NCBI RefSeq assembly: GCF_006345805.1
Contig: NW_021834792.1
Location: forward strand, 1-64,000
Reading direction: 5' to 3'
Length of the DNA: 64,000 bases
Source: Octopus sinensis
Taxonomy: Eukaryota
The notes under the pieces are model-generated. The model was not told where the DNA came from, ran no database searches, and saw only the letters and a list, made by a program, of their open reading frames with translations. How positions within the stretch are numbered: position 1 is the first letter of the stretch; every line of letters begins with the position of its first letter. The position numbers were made by a program, and so were the translations under genes. Of the stretch, positions 47,810 to 61,585 are shown piece after piece.

Positions 47810-48460
47810 ATTCTTTGCTTTTACGTTTTAAGTTCAAATTCCGTTGGAGGCCAGCTTTACCTTTCATCCTCTCGGGGTCAATAAAACAAGTATCAATTGT
47901 ACACTGGGATCAATGTAATCGATTGGGCCCCTCTTGGGTGCCTAATGAAGAAAGAATTCTCATAGCATTAGTCAATATAATCGACTAACCCCTCACCCCC
48001 AAATTTCAGGCCTTGTGCTTATAATAGAAACGATTAATAACCGGGAGTTTGTTTTAAAGGTGGTGAGCTGGCAGAATCGTTAGCACGTCGGGCGAAATGC
48101 TGAGCGGTATTTCGTCTGCCGCTACGTTCCCAGTTCAAATTCCGCCGAGGTCAACTTTGCTTTTCATCCTTTCAGGGTCGATTAAATAAATACCAGTTAC
48201 GCACTGGGGTCGATATAATCGACTTAATCTGTTTGTCTGTCCTTGTTTGTCCTCTCTGTGTTTAGCCCCTTGTGGGTAGTAAAGAAATAGGTATTTCGCC
48301 CGTCGCTCCATTCTGAGTTCAAATTCCGCCGAGGTCAACTTTGCCTTTCATCCTTTTAGGGGCGATAAATTAAGTACTAGTTGCGTACTGGGGTCGATGT
48401 AATCGACTGCAACCCCACTCCCGCAAAATTTCGGTCCTTGTGCCTAGAGTAGAAAAGAAT
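47810..48460 (+). mobile_element. SINE family A cluster including a dimer (48058-48460)
   Basis: Head ggtgagctggcagaatcgttagcacg; units at ~48107 and ~48291. Confidence 0.88.
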
Positions 48461-49017
48461 TACTGGACGAGGAGAGAAAATTAAAAGAAGGTAGACGCGA
48501 CAGGTTAGAATATTTTAATATGTAAAGCAAAAAAATAGGCAAACGTAATTTGACGTCTAGCTGTTTTATATTATAATATAACCGAATAGGAAAGAGTTTA
48601 AACAGACAGTTATGATTGCTTTTATAATGATTTTACGTGTCTAAACGTTGGCAAGTGTTGTATTTTTTGTATATTATTTATAATAATTAATAATAATGTA
48701 ATCGATGTTTTAACGATAGTATCAAATTTGTATACTGCATAATTTAAGTGAACGTTGTTTGATTAGGTCAATATTTATGTACATATTAATACTGCTATGG
48801 CTTTTAATTTTGTATGAGATGAATATTAAAATGCATTATGGTCTTCCGGAAGTGACTGGTAGAGTTAATGCGTAGTCATTTTGGAAGAGTAGACGATTAT
48901 TGAAGGGGAGATAAGTTAACTAATTATTTGTAAATATAACAGATGGCGGTGCCCCAGCATGGCCACAGCTCGTGAGCTGAAACTAGAATCAATCAATCAA
49001 TATATATTTAACACTAA

Positions 49018-49220
49018 GGCGGCGAGCTGGCAGAATCGTTAGCATACAGGGGGAAAATGATTAGCGGCATTTCGCCCGTCTTCACGTTCTGAGTTCAAAT
49101 TCCGCCTAGGTCGACTTTACCTTTGGAGACGATAAAATAAGTACCTGTTAAACACAAGTGTCGATACACTCGACTTACCCCTCCCCGCAAAATGTTGGCC
49201 TCGTGCCAACATTTGAAACC
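49018..49220 (+). mobile_element. SINE family A monomer
   Basis: ggcggcgagctggcagaatcgttagca...gagttcaaattccgcc. Confidence 0.88.
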
Positions 49221-49540
49221 AATATATATTTCACCCAAAAGTATTTACTACTTATTCATAAACTTACCCAAATATATATATAAAAAAAAAGACATACCTG
49301 CTTTGCCCATAAATACACAAATAAAATCACACCCACGATCGCAAGCGCACGTAATGTTTTAATACATACATGTATGTACACGAAACTAAATGGAAACAAG
49401 AAGGATATACCGGAGAATATTCTTTAAAATTTCAAATTAAAGGGGTGGATTTATTTTTTCGACACGTACTAATCTTGCTCATCTATATACACTTCTGGGA
49501 CACCTGGTGCGCACGTATGTATGTGTTGGTGTCTGTTTAC

Positions 49541-49577
<37 letters not shown>

Positions 49578-49879
49578 ATCTATCTATCTATCTATCTATC
49601 TGTCTGTCTGCCTATCTATCTAATTATCAACCTCACTCTCTCGGTATATATATTCATACATATTCACATACATATATAATTATATACTAAAATTATTTGT
49701 ATGAAGTATATTACATAAATCCATATAGTGTAGATGTATATTAGTGATAAAATATTTTGTGCAGAGGCATTAAAAATCTAATTAGAAATAATTATACCGT
49801 AGCGGGAAAAAAAGCAAGCAGAAGAATATTGAAAGAAAATAGTTATTTCAGAAACAGCAGAGTTGGTGTGAAGATAAGC

Positions 49880-50450
49880 AGTAACAGCAACGACGACAAC
49901 GACGACGATTAGAATGATGACAAACAAGACAACGAAAACGAAGAGGAAGACAAAGACGATGGCAACGACAAAGTCCATGATGTTCTCGACGACGCCGCCG
50001 ACGAAGATGTCGTCGTCAACGACGAGGACACTGTTGACAACGACGACGACGACGATGACAGCCGATAACGAGAGCAACGACGACGTTGGCATAATGATGA
50101 CGATGATGCCAACGCTGATGTCGACGCTGTCGAGGACGACGACGTGGACAAAGCCGACGCCGCCGACGAAGATGTCGTTGTCAATAATGAGGACACTGTT
50201 GACAACGACAACGACGACGATGACAGCCGATAACGAGAGCAACGACGACGTTGGCATAATGATGACGATGATGCCAACGCTGATGTCGACGCTGTCGAGG
50301 ACGACGACGGGGACAAAGCCGACGCCGCCGACGAAGATGTCGTTGTCAATAATGAAGACACTGTTGACAACGACGATGATGAAGATGACGGCGACGAAGA
50401 CGACGACGGTGAAGACGACGACGACGAAAACGTCGCCTCCGCCTACGCCG
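49880..50450. repeat. (GAC/GAT)-derived low-complexity tract with a 165-bp tandem duplication
   Basis: gacgccgccgacgaagatgtcg recurs at 49991, 50156 and 50321. Confidence 0.92.
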
Positions 50451-50710
50451 ACACCAAGGCCTCTACCAGTGTGTTGCCCCAGCATAGCCGCAGTCCAATA
50501 AATGAACCAAGTAGAAGATAAAACATAGATAATTATTGACCACCCAGTGTCCAGTGTCCATCCCCTTATCCTGTCACTTGTGTCCATCCAATGAGCTGTC
50601 AAGTTCTACAACAAACAACATATGCTTGTTGTTAAAGATTAAGTAGGTTAATCATCACCATCGTCATCATCATCATCGTCGTCGTCATCATCATCATCAT
50701 CCTCAACATC

Positions 50711-50741
<31 letters not shown>

Positions 50742-51316
50742 GATACCACCTGGTCTCAGCAGGTAGAAAGTAACAAGGGCCTCCACTCAGGTCTTTCCTT
50801 TGACCCTCTTATACATCAACCATCTGACAGGTAGTTCAGTTAGGTCCTTGATTTTTATCAAACCAGTGTGTTCTAGAGATCTTTCTTCCTCTCGAGCTTT
50901 TTCTTTTCGTCCGTTCTTTTAGTAAGAGCCTTTGTATATGTTGAGCTCTTAATATATTTTTCCATTTGTTTTTAATAGTTGACAGTAAAGATCCTTTTTA
51001 TTCTATTTGCTAGTAACAGCACTTCTTCATTCGTTTTATGATTTGTCCATCATATCCTTAACGTCCTTCTGTAGTAGGTAAACGTATGTTTATGCCTGTG
51101 GTATTAAAACACTGAAGTAGGATGAAATATGTGTCGAAAGTTAAATTGCTGATGATACACACATGCGCGCGCGCACTTACATAGGCATATATATACATAC
51201 ATACATACATACATACATACATACATACATACATACATACATACATACATACATACATACATACATAATACATACATACGTACATACATACATACATACA
51301 TACATACACATATATG

Positions 51317-51374
<58 letters not shown>

Positions 51375-51596
51375 TAATTTAGGGTATCTAAGAGATACCA
51401 CCACACTGGAAATAGCAGTCAAAACTTGACTCTAAAACCACATTAAATGTTCATTTTAAATAATTATTACCTTTGAACGTTTTTATTCCCATGCTGGCCA
51501 CCTGATAAGATCGGTATTTAGATTTCAATCTTATACACACATACACGCACGCACACACACACACATACACACACACACACCACACACACACACACA

Positions 51597-51648
<52 letters not shown>

Positions 51649-51813
51649 TTTACACACATACGTACATACATACATATCTGAATATGTATAAATATATGTA
51701 TATATATATATATATATATGTATGTGTATATATTCATGTACACACACATACACACACGCATATAAACATACATACATAATACATACATATATACACACAC
51801 ATACATACATACA

Positions 51814-51844
<31 letters not shown>

Positions 51845-52625
51845 CATACATACATACATACATTCGGATAGCTGAAACTCGAAAAGGAGCCTTGGAAAGC
51901 ACACAAGGTATTTACCCCGATAATATTAAAACCACACACGTTTAATGAGAAAGGTACGGGATATAATTCCTAACATGCTTTTCGTTTTTTTTTTTTACTC
52001 TCGGTTAGAGAACCTTCTTGCTGAAGTATTTGCTCAACGAACAATTAAGTGAATATTCATAAACGCATGTTTATTAGCTCAAAGAATGTCGTTCAAAAAC
52101 AAAATAAATCTCCGACGCCTTTACAGTTGATAAATAACAATTAACTAAATGAAAGTAATATTTAATGACAAGAACATTAAATAGCTAAAAGGCTACCACG
52201 CACCTCCTCCTTAATTTCACCACTTACACACACCTCCACCCCTCTTTTGACCTGTATTCTCTCTGTCTATCTCACTCTCTGTCCCTGTGTCCGTGACTTC
52301 TATCATTCTCTCTCCTTTATATATCTACCTATCTCTCTCGTTTCCATCTAACCCCCTTCCTTTCTCTCTGTCTCTCTGTCTCTGTCTCTTTCGTTAAATA
52401 TTGAATGTGCTCATATTACACATCAAGGACAGCTACTAATTCTGTGCAAGATCTCCTTTACTCTGTCTCGCCACCCTTCATACTTCCCAATGTCTCCTTA
52501 ACTTAATGTTATTACCTCGTCTGAAGAGCGTGGGGGCCGTACTTGTAACCTCTTCAGACAGTTTGTCCTTGACTGAAGAACAATACGAATAAACGTGTAG
52601 TGACAGTGTAATTTTAACTTTTATT

Positions 52626-52672
<47 letters not shown>

Positions 52673-53814
52673 GCGCACACACATACACACACACAACATA
52701 CACATAAACGCACACTACACATAGGTGCATACATATGTATGTATTTATGTATATATGTATGTATGTGTGTTTGTGAGTGAGAGATTGTGTGTGTGCGTGC
52801 ACACACGCACACACACATATATATACATATTACATATATACACATTCTATATATACATATATATATACATATACATATATATGTATATATATGATATATA
52901 TATATATACACATGTGTGCATATATATATATATGTGTGTGTGTATGTGTGTGTGTGTGAGTATGTGTGTGTGTTGTGTGTGTGTGTGTATTATAACAAAT
53001 GACTGTACTAGACTGCAGAAGCAATGTAGTTTTCTAGCCAGTATCACTGAAAATGTTCATCTTGATTAATGTACACACACACACGCGCACACACACACAC
53101 ACACACACACACAAATACACACACAGAGAGTTATGTCTTGCCTTTAGGCTTTGGTCTTTAACTGTCTAAAATTGAATTTTAGCGGCTTCAACCGGACCAG
53201 TCTCGGGGAGTCTGTAAAGATCATAGAGACTCTCAGTTCCTCCAGACTCACCAAGTAAAAAGCAGAAGTAGCAGAGTGTCCTTCAGTGAGTTTCTACATT
53301 TACCTTCATTTAACACTGAATATTCATCACTCTTCGAGGCTTTGCCTAAGCATGGCCGCAGTCCAGTGAGTAAAACAAGTAAAAGAGACATCCCTGTAAA
53401 AACAAAAACAAACAAAAAATCAAACAGAGATGGCTGTTTTAATGAGTTGTTATTTCGTCATCCGTTGTTTTTCTCTTTTTTTCTGTTTTATGATTGAAAT
53501 TGTGGAAATGAATACGAATGACATTTTATGTTATTATTCAATAAAATTTTCTATATGGTTTTCTCTTGCGAAATTTTTGTTTAATATTAAGTTTAATAGG
53601 ATATTATCTTCTGTGAATACACTATTCACAAACGAATGTCAAATATACTGTCACGACTGCCTCTACAACCCTATGTTTCAGTTGTTCCATCAATTGCGCT
53701 GGATGAAGACACACTCCAACCCCTGACCCATAATCGTACAGTCTCCTTTTCTTGTCTTTGATATTGCTACTATAACGGCCTCTTCTCTTTGGAGCTAGTT
53801 CGACCCTACCTACT

Positions 53815-53851
<37 letters not shown>

Positions 53852-53916
53852 TCTCCTCTCTCTATCTCTCCTCCCTCTCTATCTCCTATCTTCTATCTAT
53901 CATCTATCTATCTAAT

Positions 53917-53950
<34 letters not shown>

Positions 53951-54317
53951 ATATCTCTCCCGCTCTCTGCCCACTCAACAACCAATGCCTACTTTAATTT
54001 TTTTTTGTTAAAAGCATTCTTTCAAGTGTCTACAAACACAGCCAAGCGGAAATGGGTAATGCTTCTCAACTTGAGCGGATGGGCCCCTTAGATACTATTT
54101 TGGACCCCCATATTATGGATTCTAATGGCACAAAGGCCTAACTTGCCATCGGACGGCTGCTAGTCCGCCTCTGTGTATATGTATGTGTATATATATATAT
54201 ATAGTATATATATATTATATATAATATTATATATATATGGTGTGTGTGTGTGTGTGTGCGTGTTGTGTGTGTGGTGTGTGTTTGTGTGTGTGTGTGGGTG
54301 TGTGGGGTGTGTGTGTG

Positions 54318-54521
54318 TATTGAACCTTGGAGGGGCATTATGCTGGTTATTATAAATACAATCCCTGGTTCGGTCCTTCATTGTTATTGTTCAGTATTGT
54401 TCGTGTTGTTATCTGACCGTTCGACAACAGGTGTGATAGAATAAGTATCAATAACAATAAAGGACCGAAACAGTGCGTGTGTTTATAATTACCGGCATAA
54501 TACCCCTCCCAAGGTTCAATA
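54318..54521. mobile_element. MITE with ~72-bp TIRs
   Basis: tattgaaccttggaggggcattatgctgg...tcggtccttcattgttattg mirrors caataacaataaaggaccgaa...ccggcataatacccctcccaaggttcaata; TA at both ends. Confidence 0.85.
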
Positions 54522-55000
54522 GTATTTGTTTCAACACACGAATTCACATCAAGAATGTTACAAACCAAATACAAATACGAACTTTATGTATATATAACAA
54601 GCATCTCAATTCATATACATTACTTTATATTATTCTTAAATTAGTTACGTCAACTAATTTAAGAATAATATAAAATAATGTATATGAATTGACATGCTTC
54701 TTATGTCTCGGTCTGTGTTGTCTTCTTTCACAAATGTATATCTTCTAAATCTGAAAACTAAAATGGATCCATAGATCACGTCTCAGTTAGAAGCTTAAAA
54801 CCGTGATAATTCGTTTAGATCACCAGAGAATTAAACACTTATATTCTGAGTGTGTATATATATATATATATATATAATATATATATATATATACTCAAGA
54901 CACAAGGCCCGAAATTTTGTGGAGGTGTCCAGTTGATTAGATCGACTCCAGTATGCAACTGGTACTTATTTATCGAACCTGAAAGGCGCGAAAGGCAAAG

Positions 55001-55051
<51 letters not shown>

Positions 55052-55299
55052 TGGGGTACTTAGATGTGCTCATGACTCTTGCTTATGCTTTTCAATGGCT
55101 ACTTGTAAGTATTTCATTATTTCTAATCGTATTTTCTACTGTAGAGGGAAGAATCCATACGATTAATCCCGAAATTGATTCAATATAGAAATAACGAACT
55201 TTTAAAGAAAATACTGTTAGCTAGCTTTCCTCGATTTCAGCACGACGTGTATTTATAGTGAATGTAAAATAAAATGTGGAAATTGACGATTTAAGTCTG

Positions 55300-55900
55300 T
55301 TCTCAGCATATTGGCATAGAAATAATTTTTCTTTTGCCCTTGTTATATATATACGAACAAAACGCCTCCGTCCAATGGACGGTGTTGAGTTGTCAAACGT
55401 TTAAACCAAACTTTCTCAAAACAACTTGTCCGACCGTTCCATAGGCTTCCCCTTTGAGAAACACTGATTTAACCTTAATTTGAGACACCAGCAAAAGAAG
55501 AAATAAAGATAGACTTTTTTCTATTCTAAAGAAAAACGATTTTATATGCAACCGAAGAGTTTAAAGTACCAGTAATGATAAGGCTGTTGACTGGGAGAAC
55601 ACAAACATGGTTTAAACAGTAAGCTTGGCAGGAAAGAAATGTGCCTTTAAGTAGAACAAAAACAACAAAAAATGGAAGATGCAGTTATGTACAGGTTGAC
55701 GGAGGAAAGCACGTTCCCACAGCTTTATCGATCGCATTCTCACCTGGAATCGATTTTTGTAATTCTTTCAAGACTTATACATGCCCTGATACCGTCGGTA
55801 TCTACATATCAAATTTGAACGCAATCGGATGGAGGATACCCGAGATCCTAGAAAACACATACGCAGACACACAGAACTGATTTTATGTAATAGATATAGT
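55300..55900 (+). mobile_element. Possible non-autonomous Helitron/Helentron-like element
   Basis: 3' block caaatttgaacgcaatcgg...acacacaga..actgattttat.taatagat resembles the ends of such elements; a similar end lies at ~47140-47225. Confidence 0.3.
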
Positions 55901-56039
55901 AACTAAACGCCACGCCTCCCGACTTTTGTTAGTAACAGTAAGTTTTTCATATATATATAATGGTGTTTCCCATCTATAATTTAATCAAACCTAAGCACTT
56001 TTAATAAAATTATATATACATATGTATATACATATGTAT

Positions 56040-56181
<142 letters not shown>

Positions 56182-56199
56182 TAATTATATATATATATA

Positions 56200-56360
56200 T
56201 AACGGCTTCTTTCAGGTTCTGTCTGTCGAATCTACCCACAACGCTTTGCTCTGCTCGAAGCAGTTGTAGGAGACACTCGCCCATTGTGCCACGCAGGGGG
56301 ACTGAACATGGAACCATGTGGTCGGGAAGCAAACATCTTTCCACACAGCCTCGCCTGCGC
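56200..56360 (-). mobile_element. SINE family B 5' part
   Basis: acggcttctttcag...gtgccacgcaggggactgaac...ccacacagcc. Confidence 0.82.
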
Positions 56361-56879
56361 TTATAAATATATATTTGTGTGTGTGTGTGTGTTGTGTGTG
56401 TGTATGTGTATGTATATGTATATATATATGTTTATATATATATGTATCTTACAAGTTTATATTATTAACAAACATTTACAAAAGGATGTCATTTGAGGTT
56501 ACAAAGTTTCTGTAAAAAAAATATTTATTTAACATACGCAAGTCAAGGTTTAGGAAATAAGTTGTGTTTATCGTGGTGTTCACTCGTAACATCTAGATCT
56601 TTCGGATAAAAATCTCGCAGAAAACGTTACTAAATATTCCGCCATCATAAATAGCAAAAAGGTTATCAATAAATCTGAATATGAAACGAGATATTTTTGA
56701 TATAAGTGAGTTGGACTTTATTAAATATTTGATATATCTGTGTTTATAAGTGTGCAGAAATGGAGAAATAGAAAAAAAAAACTTAACCCATTCACATTTT
56801 CTGATATTTGATTTTTCTCATTTCATATTACATTTCAAGAAAAATTTTATTATAAAACCTTGGAACTGCTTCTTCTTCG

Positions 56880-56927
56880 TCGTGCTCATCAACATGATCA
56901 TCATCGTCATCAACATCATCGTCGTCG

Positions 56928-56983
<56 letters not shown>

Positions 56984-57081
56984 TCATCACCGTCTTGTTC
57001 TTGTTCTTCTTGTTCTTGTTCTTTTTCGTTTTCTCTTTTCTTCTTCTTCTTCTTCTTCTCCTCTTCTTCTTCTTCTTCTTC

Positions 57082-57123
<42 letters not shown>

Positions 57124-57195
57124 TTCTCCTTCTTCTTCTTCTTCTTCTTCTTCTTCTTCTTCTTCTTCTTCTTCTTCTTCTCCTTCTTCTTCTTC
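56880..57195. repeat. (CAT)n/(CTT)n trinucleotide tract
   Basis: Directly visible. Confidence 0.95.
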
Positions 57196-57514
57196 AAGCA
57201 GTGAAATTAAAGATACCTATTGTCCTTTACATTTACTTATGCAAGATAAAACTCCGTTGCAATGGAAAGTCAAAAAAACAGCAAAAACCAAAAATCAAAA
57301 GCAGGCAAAAAAGAAGTGAAGAAAGGAAGACAGATAGAGTGAAGTAAGGACATATATAATCTTCAATTTAAATGTGATTTACACACACACACACACATAC
57401 ATATATATACGTGATCTTTATTTTGTCTTTGACTATAAAAATCCATCTAATCGTTTATTCTGTCAGAAATTTTATGCAGCATTTTAGAATGTATGCATAT
57501 ATATATATATATAT

Positions 57515-57675
57515 AGCTGTGTGGGAAGAAGTTTGCTCCCAATCGCGTGGTCCCGGGTTCAGTTCCACTGTGTGGCACCTCGAGTAAGTGTTTTCTACTA
57601 TAGCCTAGGGCCGACCAAAGCCTTGTGAGTGGATTTGGTGACGGAAACTGAAAGAACTTTGTCGTATATATATAT

Positions 57676-57739
<64 letters not shown>

Positions 57740-57995
57740 GTGTGTGTGTGTGGGGTGTGTGTGTGTGTGTGTGTGTGTCAATGTGGGTGTCTTTGTGGGG
57801 GTCTTTGTGTTTCTGTCTCCCGGCACTGCTTTATAACCGGTGGTGATTTGTTTAAGTACCCGGTTCAGCAATAGAGACCGATAGAGGCTTAAAATATAAT
57901 TACTAGGTTCGTTTTCTTCGACTAAGCTCTTAAGGCTCCCACTTGGCCGCATTCCAGAGACTGAAACAAGTCAATGATAAAAGATAAAAGATACA
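57515..57995 (+). mobile_element. SINE family B with expanded internal microsatellite
   Basis: gctgtgtgggaagaagtttgc...ggccgaccaaagccttgtgagtggatttgg...gactgaaacaag. Confidence 0.85.
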
Positions 57996-58069
57996 GACAT
58001 TCATACATACATACTTACATACATATACCAACAGATAAACACAGACACAGACATTTTACTTTCATTACC

Positions 58070-58114
<45 letters not shown>

Positions 58115-58339
58115 ATAATATGTATATATATATATATGCACCAGATTATCCTCGCAATTTCGGCTGATTCTTCTTGAAATTGCTCCAAACTGGCCAGCCC
58201 CAAGGAAAATCTAAGCTAAGAGCATTAGATTCTTTGGAAGAAAGCAGCGAATATATGTGTGTGTGTGTGTATGTATATATACATTCATATATGTACATAC
58301 TTACATATATATGTATATACATATGCATATATGAGTACA

Positions 58340-58727
58340 GGGCGTCTTACAACGTAAACAACATCAAATAGGTAATACGAAAACACGGAATATGAACTTT
58401 TTTGCGAACAACGAAAGAAACAAATTGAAAACAAGAGAAGTAACACAAAGAACGACTTTTCATCAGTTGTCGGCTGTTTATCTACTCCAAATTTCGAACA
58501 GTTACGACAAGATGTGTCTTCGAGAAAACAGTTGTTCCCGTAAAGCAAAATAATATTTGAGATCTGCGGAGGGTCAAAGTTGGTAACAAAAGTAGGACAG
58601 TGAAAACAAACAGTAATAGATGCTAAGCAATAACGAGGTGAGGTGGCGAACGCTGGAGAAACAAGCTTTGACAGGTGAAAAGACAGGAGACACACACACA
58701 AACACACACACACACACGTGTAAATAT
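58340..58727 (+). mobile_element. Dispersed repeat homologous to 2890-3125
   Basis: See the shared motifs listed for 2890-3125. Confidence 0.7.
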
Positions 58728-58914
58728 ATACATTTAATCTTTTTGGACTAATATTTACACGTGTGTGTGTGTGTCTCCTGTCTTTTCTCGATTAGTGTGT
58801 TGAAGTGTTGAGTAGAGCACTGGTACCGTTTGGGCTACCTGGTGTCATCCGCAGTTGGGGTATATTTCCGTTGGATCTACTTCAGGAATTCCGCTTTGTT
58901 TGTTGAGATAATCG

Positions 58915-59440
58915 ACTTCGGAGGAATTTGAATTCAGAACATAACGACGGACGAAATACCTATTTCTTTACTACCCACAAGGGGCTAAACACAGAGGGGA
59001 CAAACAAGGACAGACAAACGGATTAAGTCAATTACATCGCCCCCAGTACTCATCTTGTACTTAATTTATCGACCCCGAAAGTATGAAAGGCAAAGTCGAC
59101 CTTGGCGGAATTTGAACTTAAAACGTAAAGACAGACGAAATACCGCTCAGAATTTTGCCTGACATGCTAACGATTCTGCCAATTCGCCTCCTTCCATGTC
59201 TGTATAATAATGTATTTCTTTACTGCCCACAAGGGGCTAAACATAGAGGGGACAAACAAGGACAGACAAAGGGATTAAGTCGATTACATCGACCCCAGTA
59301 TGTAACTGGTACTTTATTTATCGACCCCGAAAGGATGAAAGGCAAAGTCGACCTCGGCGGAATTTGAACTCAGAACGTAACGACAGACGAAATACGGCTA
59401 CGCATTTCGCCCGGCGTGCTAACGTTTCTGCCAGTTCATA
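58915..59440 (-). mobile_element. SINE family A copies (dimer plus an adjacent copy)
   Basis: Repeated ccacaaggggctaaaca...gaatttgaact units. Confidence 0.9.
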
Positions 59441-59470
59441 ATGGCCAACATAAATGCGTGTTGGTTGATT

Positions 59471-59898
59471 TCTCTAGTTAAGCTTTTATATTGTATAGAG
59501 TGGGGGTGGAGAATGAAAGTGAGGTACGGTAAAAACTAACAAAAGAGGTGCAGTATAAACGTCATAAATTTCTGAAAAAACAAACAAACAAACATATTTT
59601 GATGAAATTTTTCGGAGATAGTTTTTCGATGAAGAAAGTTGCAATTACGTTGGTACAATTAAAAAAAGATAATAGCACATATTTATTGCAAATATGCTGA
59701 TGAGAATTTTGTTTTAGTTAATTACAATTTAAAGTAATAAATATTTTTCTTTTGAAAATTAGAATTCATTTCAGTACCAAGATGTTTGATAAAAAGCCAA
59801 ATTATAATTTTTGCATGCAAGCTATATTTCCTGATATCACCGAAGGTGGCCAAATATATTTCCAAAGTAACCTGTCATATGAATGTGTATCACTCTAG
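59471..59898 (+). mobile_element. Helitron-like non-autonomous element, copy 1
   Basis: Colinear with 60151-60934 (atatttattgcaaatat, aagtttgataaaa, gctatatttcctg); ends in CTAG. Confidence 0.5.
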
Positions 59899-60150
59899 TA
59901 TCTCTATAAAAAATGGTCTCAAATTTTGGCACAAGGCCAGCAAGTTTGGAGGGAGGAGCTAAGAGGATTACATCGACCCCAGTCCTCAATGTGTACTTAT
60001 TTTATCAACCCCGAAAAGATAATGAGTGAAGTCGACCTCAGCGAAATTTGAACTGAGAACGTAAGGACATAGGAAATGCCGCTAAGCCCGACGTGTTAAC
60101 GATCCAACCAGCTCGCGTTATAAATATTGGTTGGCTGGTTGGTTAATTAC

Positions 60151-60934
60151 TCGTCACACTTTATATTGTAAAAGAGAGAGTGGGTGAGCGGGAAACAGAA
60201 AGAAAGAGTTTAAAACAAATACAGAGAGGGAACCGAGGTTACCGTGGTCTTTTCCGTAGGCTTTTCTTTCCACGGGTAAACCTCACCTGTCCTCCCCTTT
60301 ACACTTCATATTGACATTTCTGTGATAACGATCACTATTGATCAATTTTTTTTTCCTTTCCCTTTTTTTTCATCTCCTCCCCCCATTTTAAAAAAAATTT
60401 TATTCCCCCCTTTTTTTGTCCTCTTTCTTTCCCTTTACGATCCCTTTTGATCGAAAACCAAACCCCCTTTTTTCTTACCCCCAAAAGAAAAGCTCTACCT
60501 TGTAATTTGTCCTGTCTGTATGCAGCCCTGTGTGGCTAATGAAGAAACATAACATAAGCGATGCTAGATGAATGCTCAATAACGTTCTGAAAAATATACA
60601 TTTTTTAATTATTTCTGTATTTTTTTTATTCCTTTTTCAGCGGTAAATTTTAGATGGAGTAGATAGCAATTATGTTGATAAAATGTACAAAAATAATATC
60701 ATATATTTATTGCAAATATACACATGAGAAATGTGTTTTTATTTAATTTTATTTTAAGATAATAACCATTTTGAATTGAAAATTAGTATCCATTTCATCA
60801 TTTTGGTATAAGTATCAAGAAGTTTGATAAAAACTAAATTATAATTATTATACGCATGCCATATTTCCTGGTTTTACTCATGATGGAAAAGTATGCTTCA
60901 AAAGTTACCCGCTGTACACCGGGTAGTACTCTAG
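60151..60934 (+). mobile_element. Helitron-like non-autonomous element, copy 2
   Basis: Subterminal hairpin acccg-ctgtacac-cgggt (60907-60924) followed by CTAG|T (60931-60935), the canonical Helitron 3' end. Confidence 0.6.
60228..60549 (+). mobile_element. Insertion in Helitron-like copy 2; probable LINE 3' UTR
   Basis: Absent from copy 1. Pyrimidine-rich body ending ccttgtaatttgtcc...agccctgtgtggctaatgaagaaa. Confidence 0.45.
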
Positions 60935-61049
60935 TTTATATAGTCATTTCTTCAATAGTCAGGTGGCCTCAAATTTTGTAAGAGGGACGGGGTTAGTCGA
61001 TTACATTCACCCCAGTGCTCAACTGTACTTATTTTTATTGATCGCTAAA

Positions 61050-61190
61050 AGGCGACGAGCTGGCAGAAACGTTAGCACGCCGAGCGAAGTGCTTTGCGGT
61101 ATTTTGTCTGCCGTTACGCTCTGAGTTCAAATTCCGCCGAGGTCGACTTTGCCTTTCGATTAGATAAGTACCAGTTACGTCCTTGTTTGA
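61050..61190 (+). mobile_element. SINE family A, internally deleted
   Basis: ggcgacgagctggcagaaacgttagcacgcc...ccgccgaggtcgactttgcc. Confidence 0.88.
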
Positions 61191-61203
61191 GTAAATTTTT
61201 ATA

Positions 61204-61585
61204 GGCGTAGGAGTGACTGTGTGGTAAGTAGCTTGCTTACGAGCCACATGGTTCCGGGTCCAGGCCTACTGCGTGGCACCTTGGGCAAGTGTCTTCTACT
61301 ATAGCCTCGGGCCGACCAAAGCCTTGTGAGTAGATTTGGTAGACGGAAACTGAAAGAATTCCGTCGTATATATGTATATATGTGTGTGTCTGTGTTTGTC
61401 CCCACAACATCGCTTGACAACCGATGTTGGTGTGTTTATGTCCTCGTAACTTAGCGGTTCGGCAAAAGAGACCGATAGAATAAGTACTAGGCTTCCAAAG
61501 AATAAGTCCTGGGGTCGATTTGTTCGACTAAAGGCAGTGCTCCAGCATGGCCACAGTCAAATGACTGAAACGAGTAAAGAGAGTA
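61204..61585 (+). mobile_element. Full-length tRNA-derived SINE family B (CORE-like central ccttgggcaagtg)
   Basis: Head ggcgtaggagtgactgtgtggtaagtagc, B-box-like ggtccaggcc, tail gactgaaacgagtaaaga. Confidence 0.92.

Noticed and set aside
52519-52559. CTGAAGAG hammerhead-like start within a 10-bp hairpin
   Set aside because: No GAAA; it is simply an inverted repeat.
53640-53790. DKKRRLYDYG as a DnaJ-domain exon
   Set aside because: No HPD or preceding helices and no splice context; other frames look more like a decayed RTE RT fragment.
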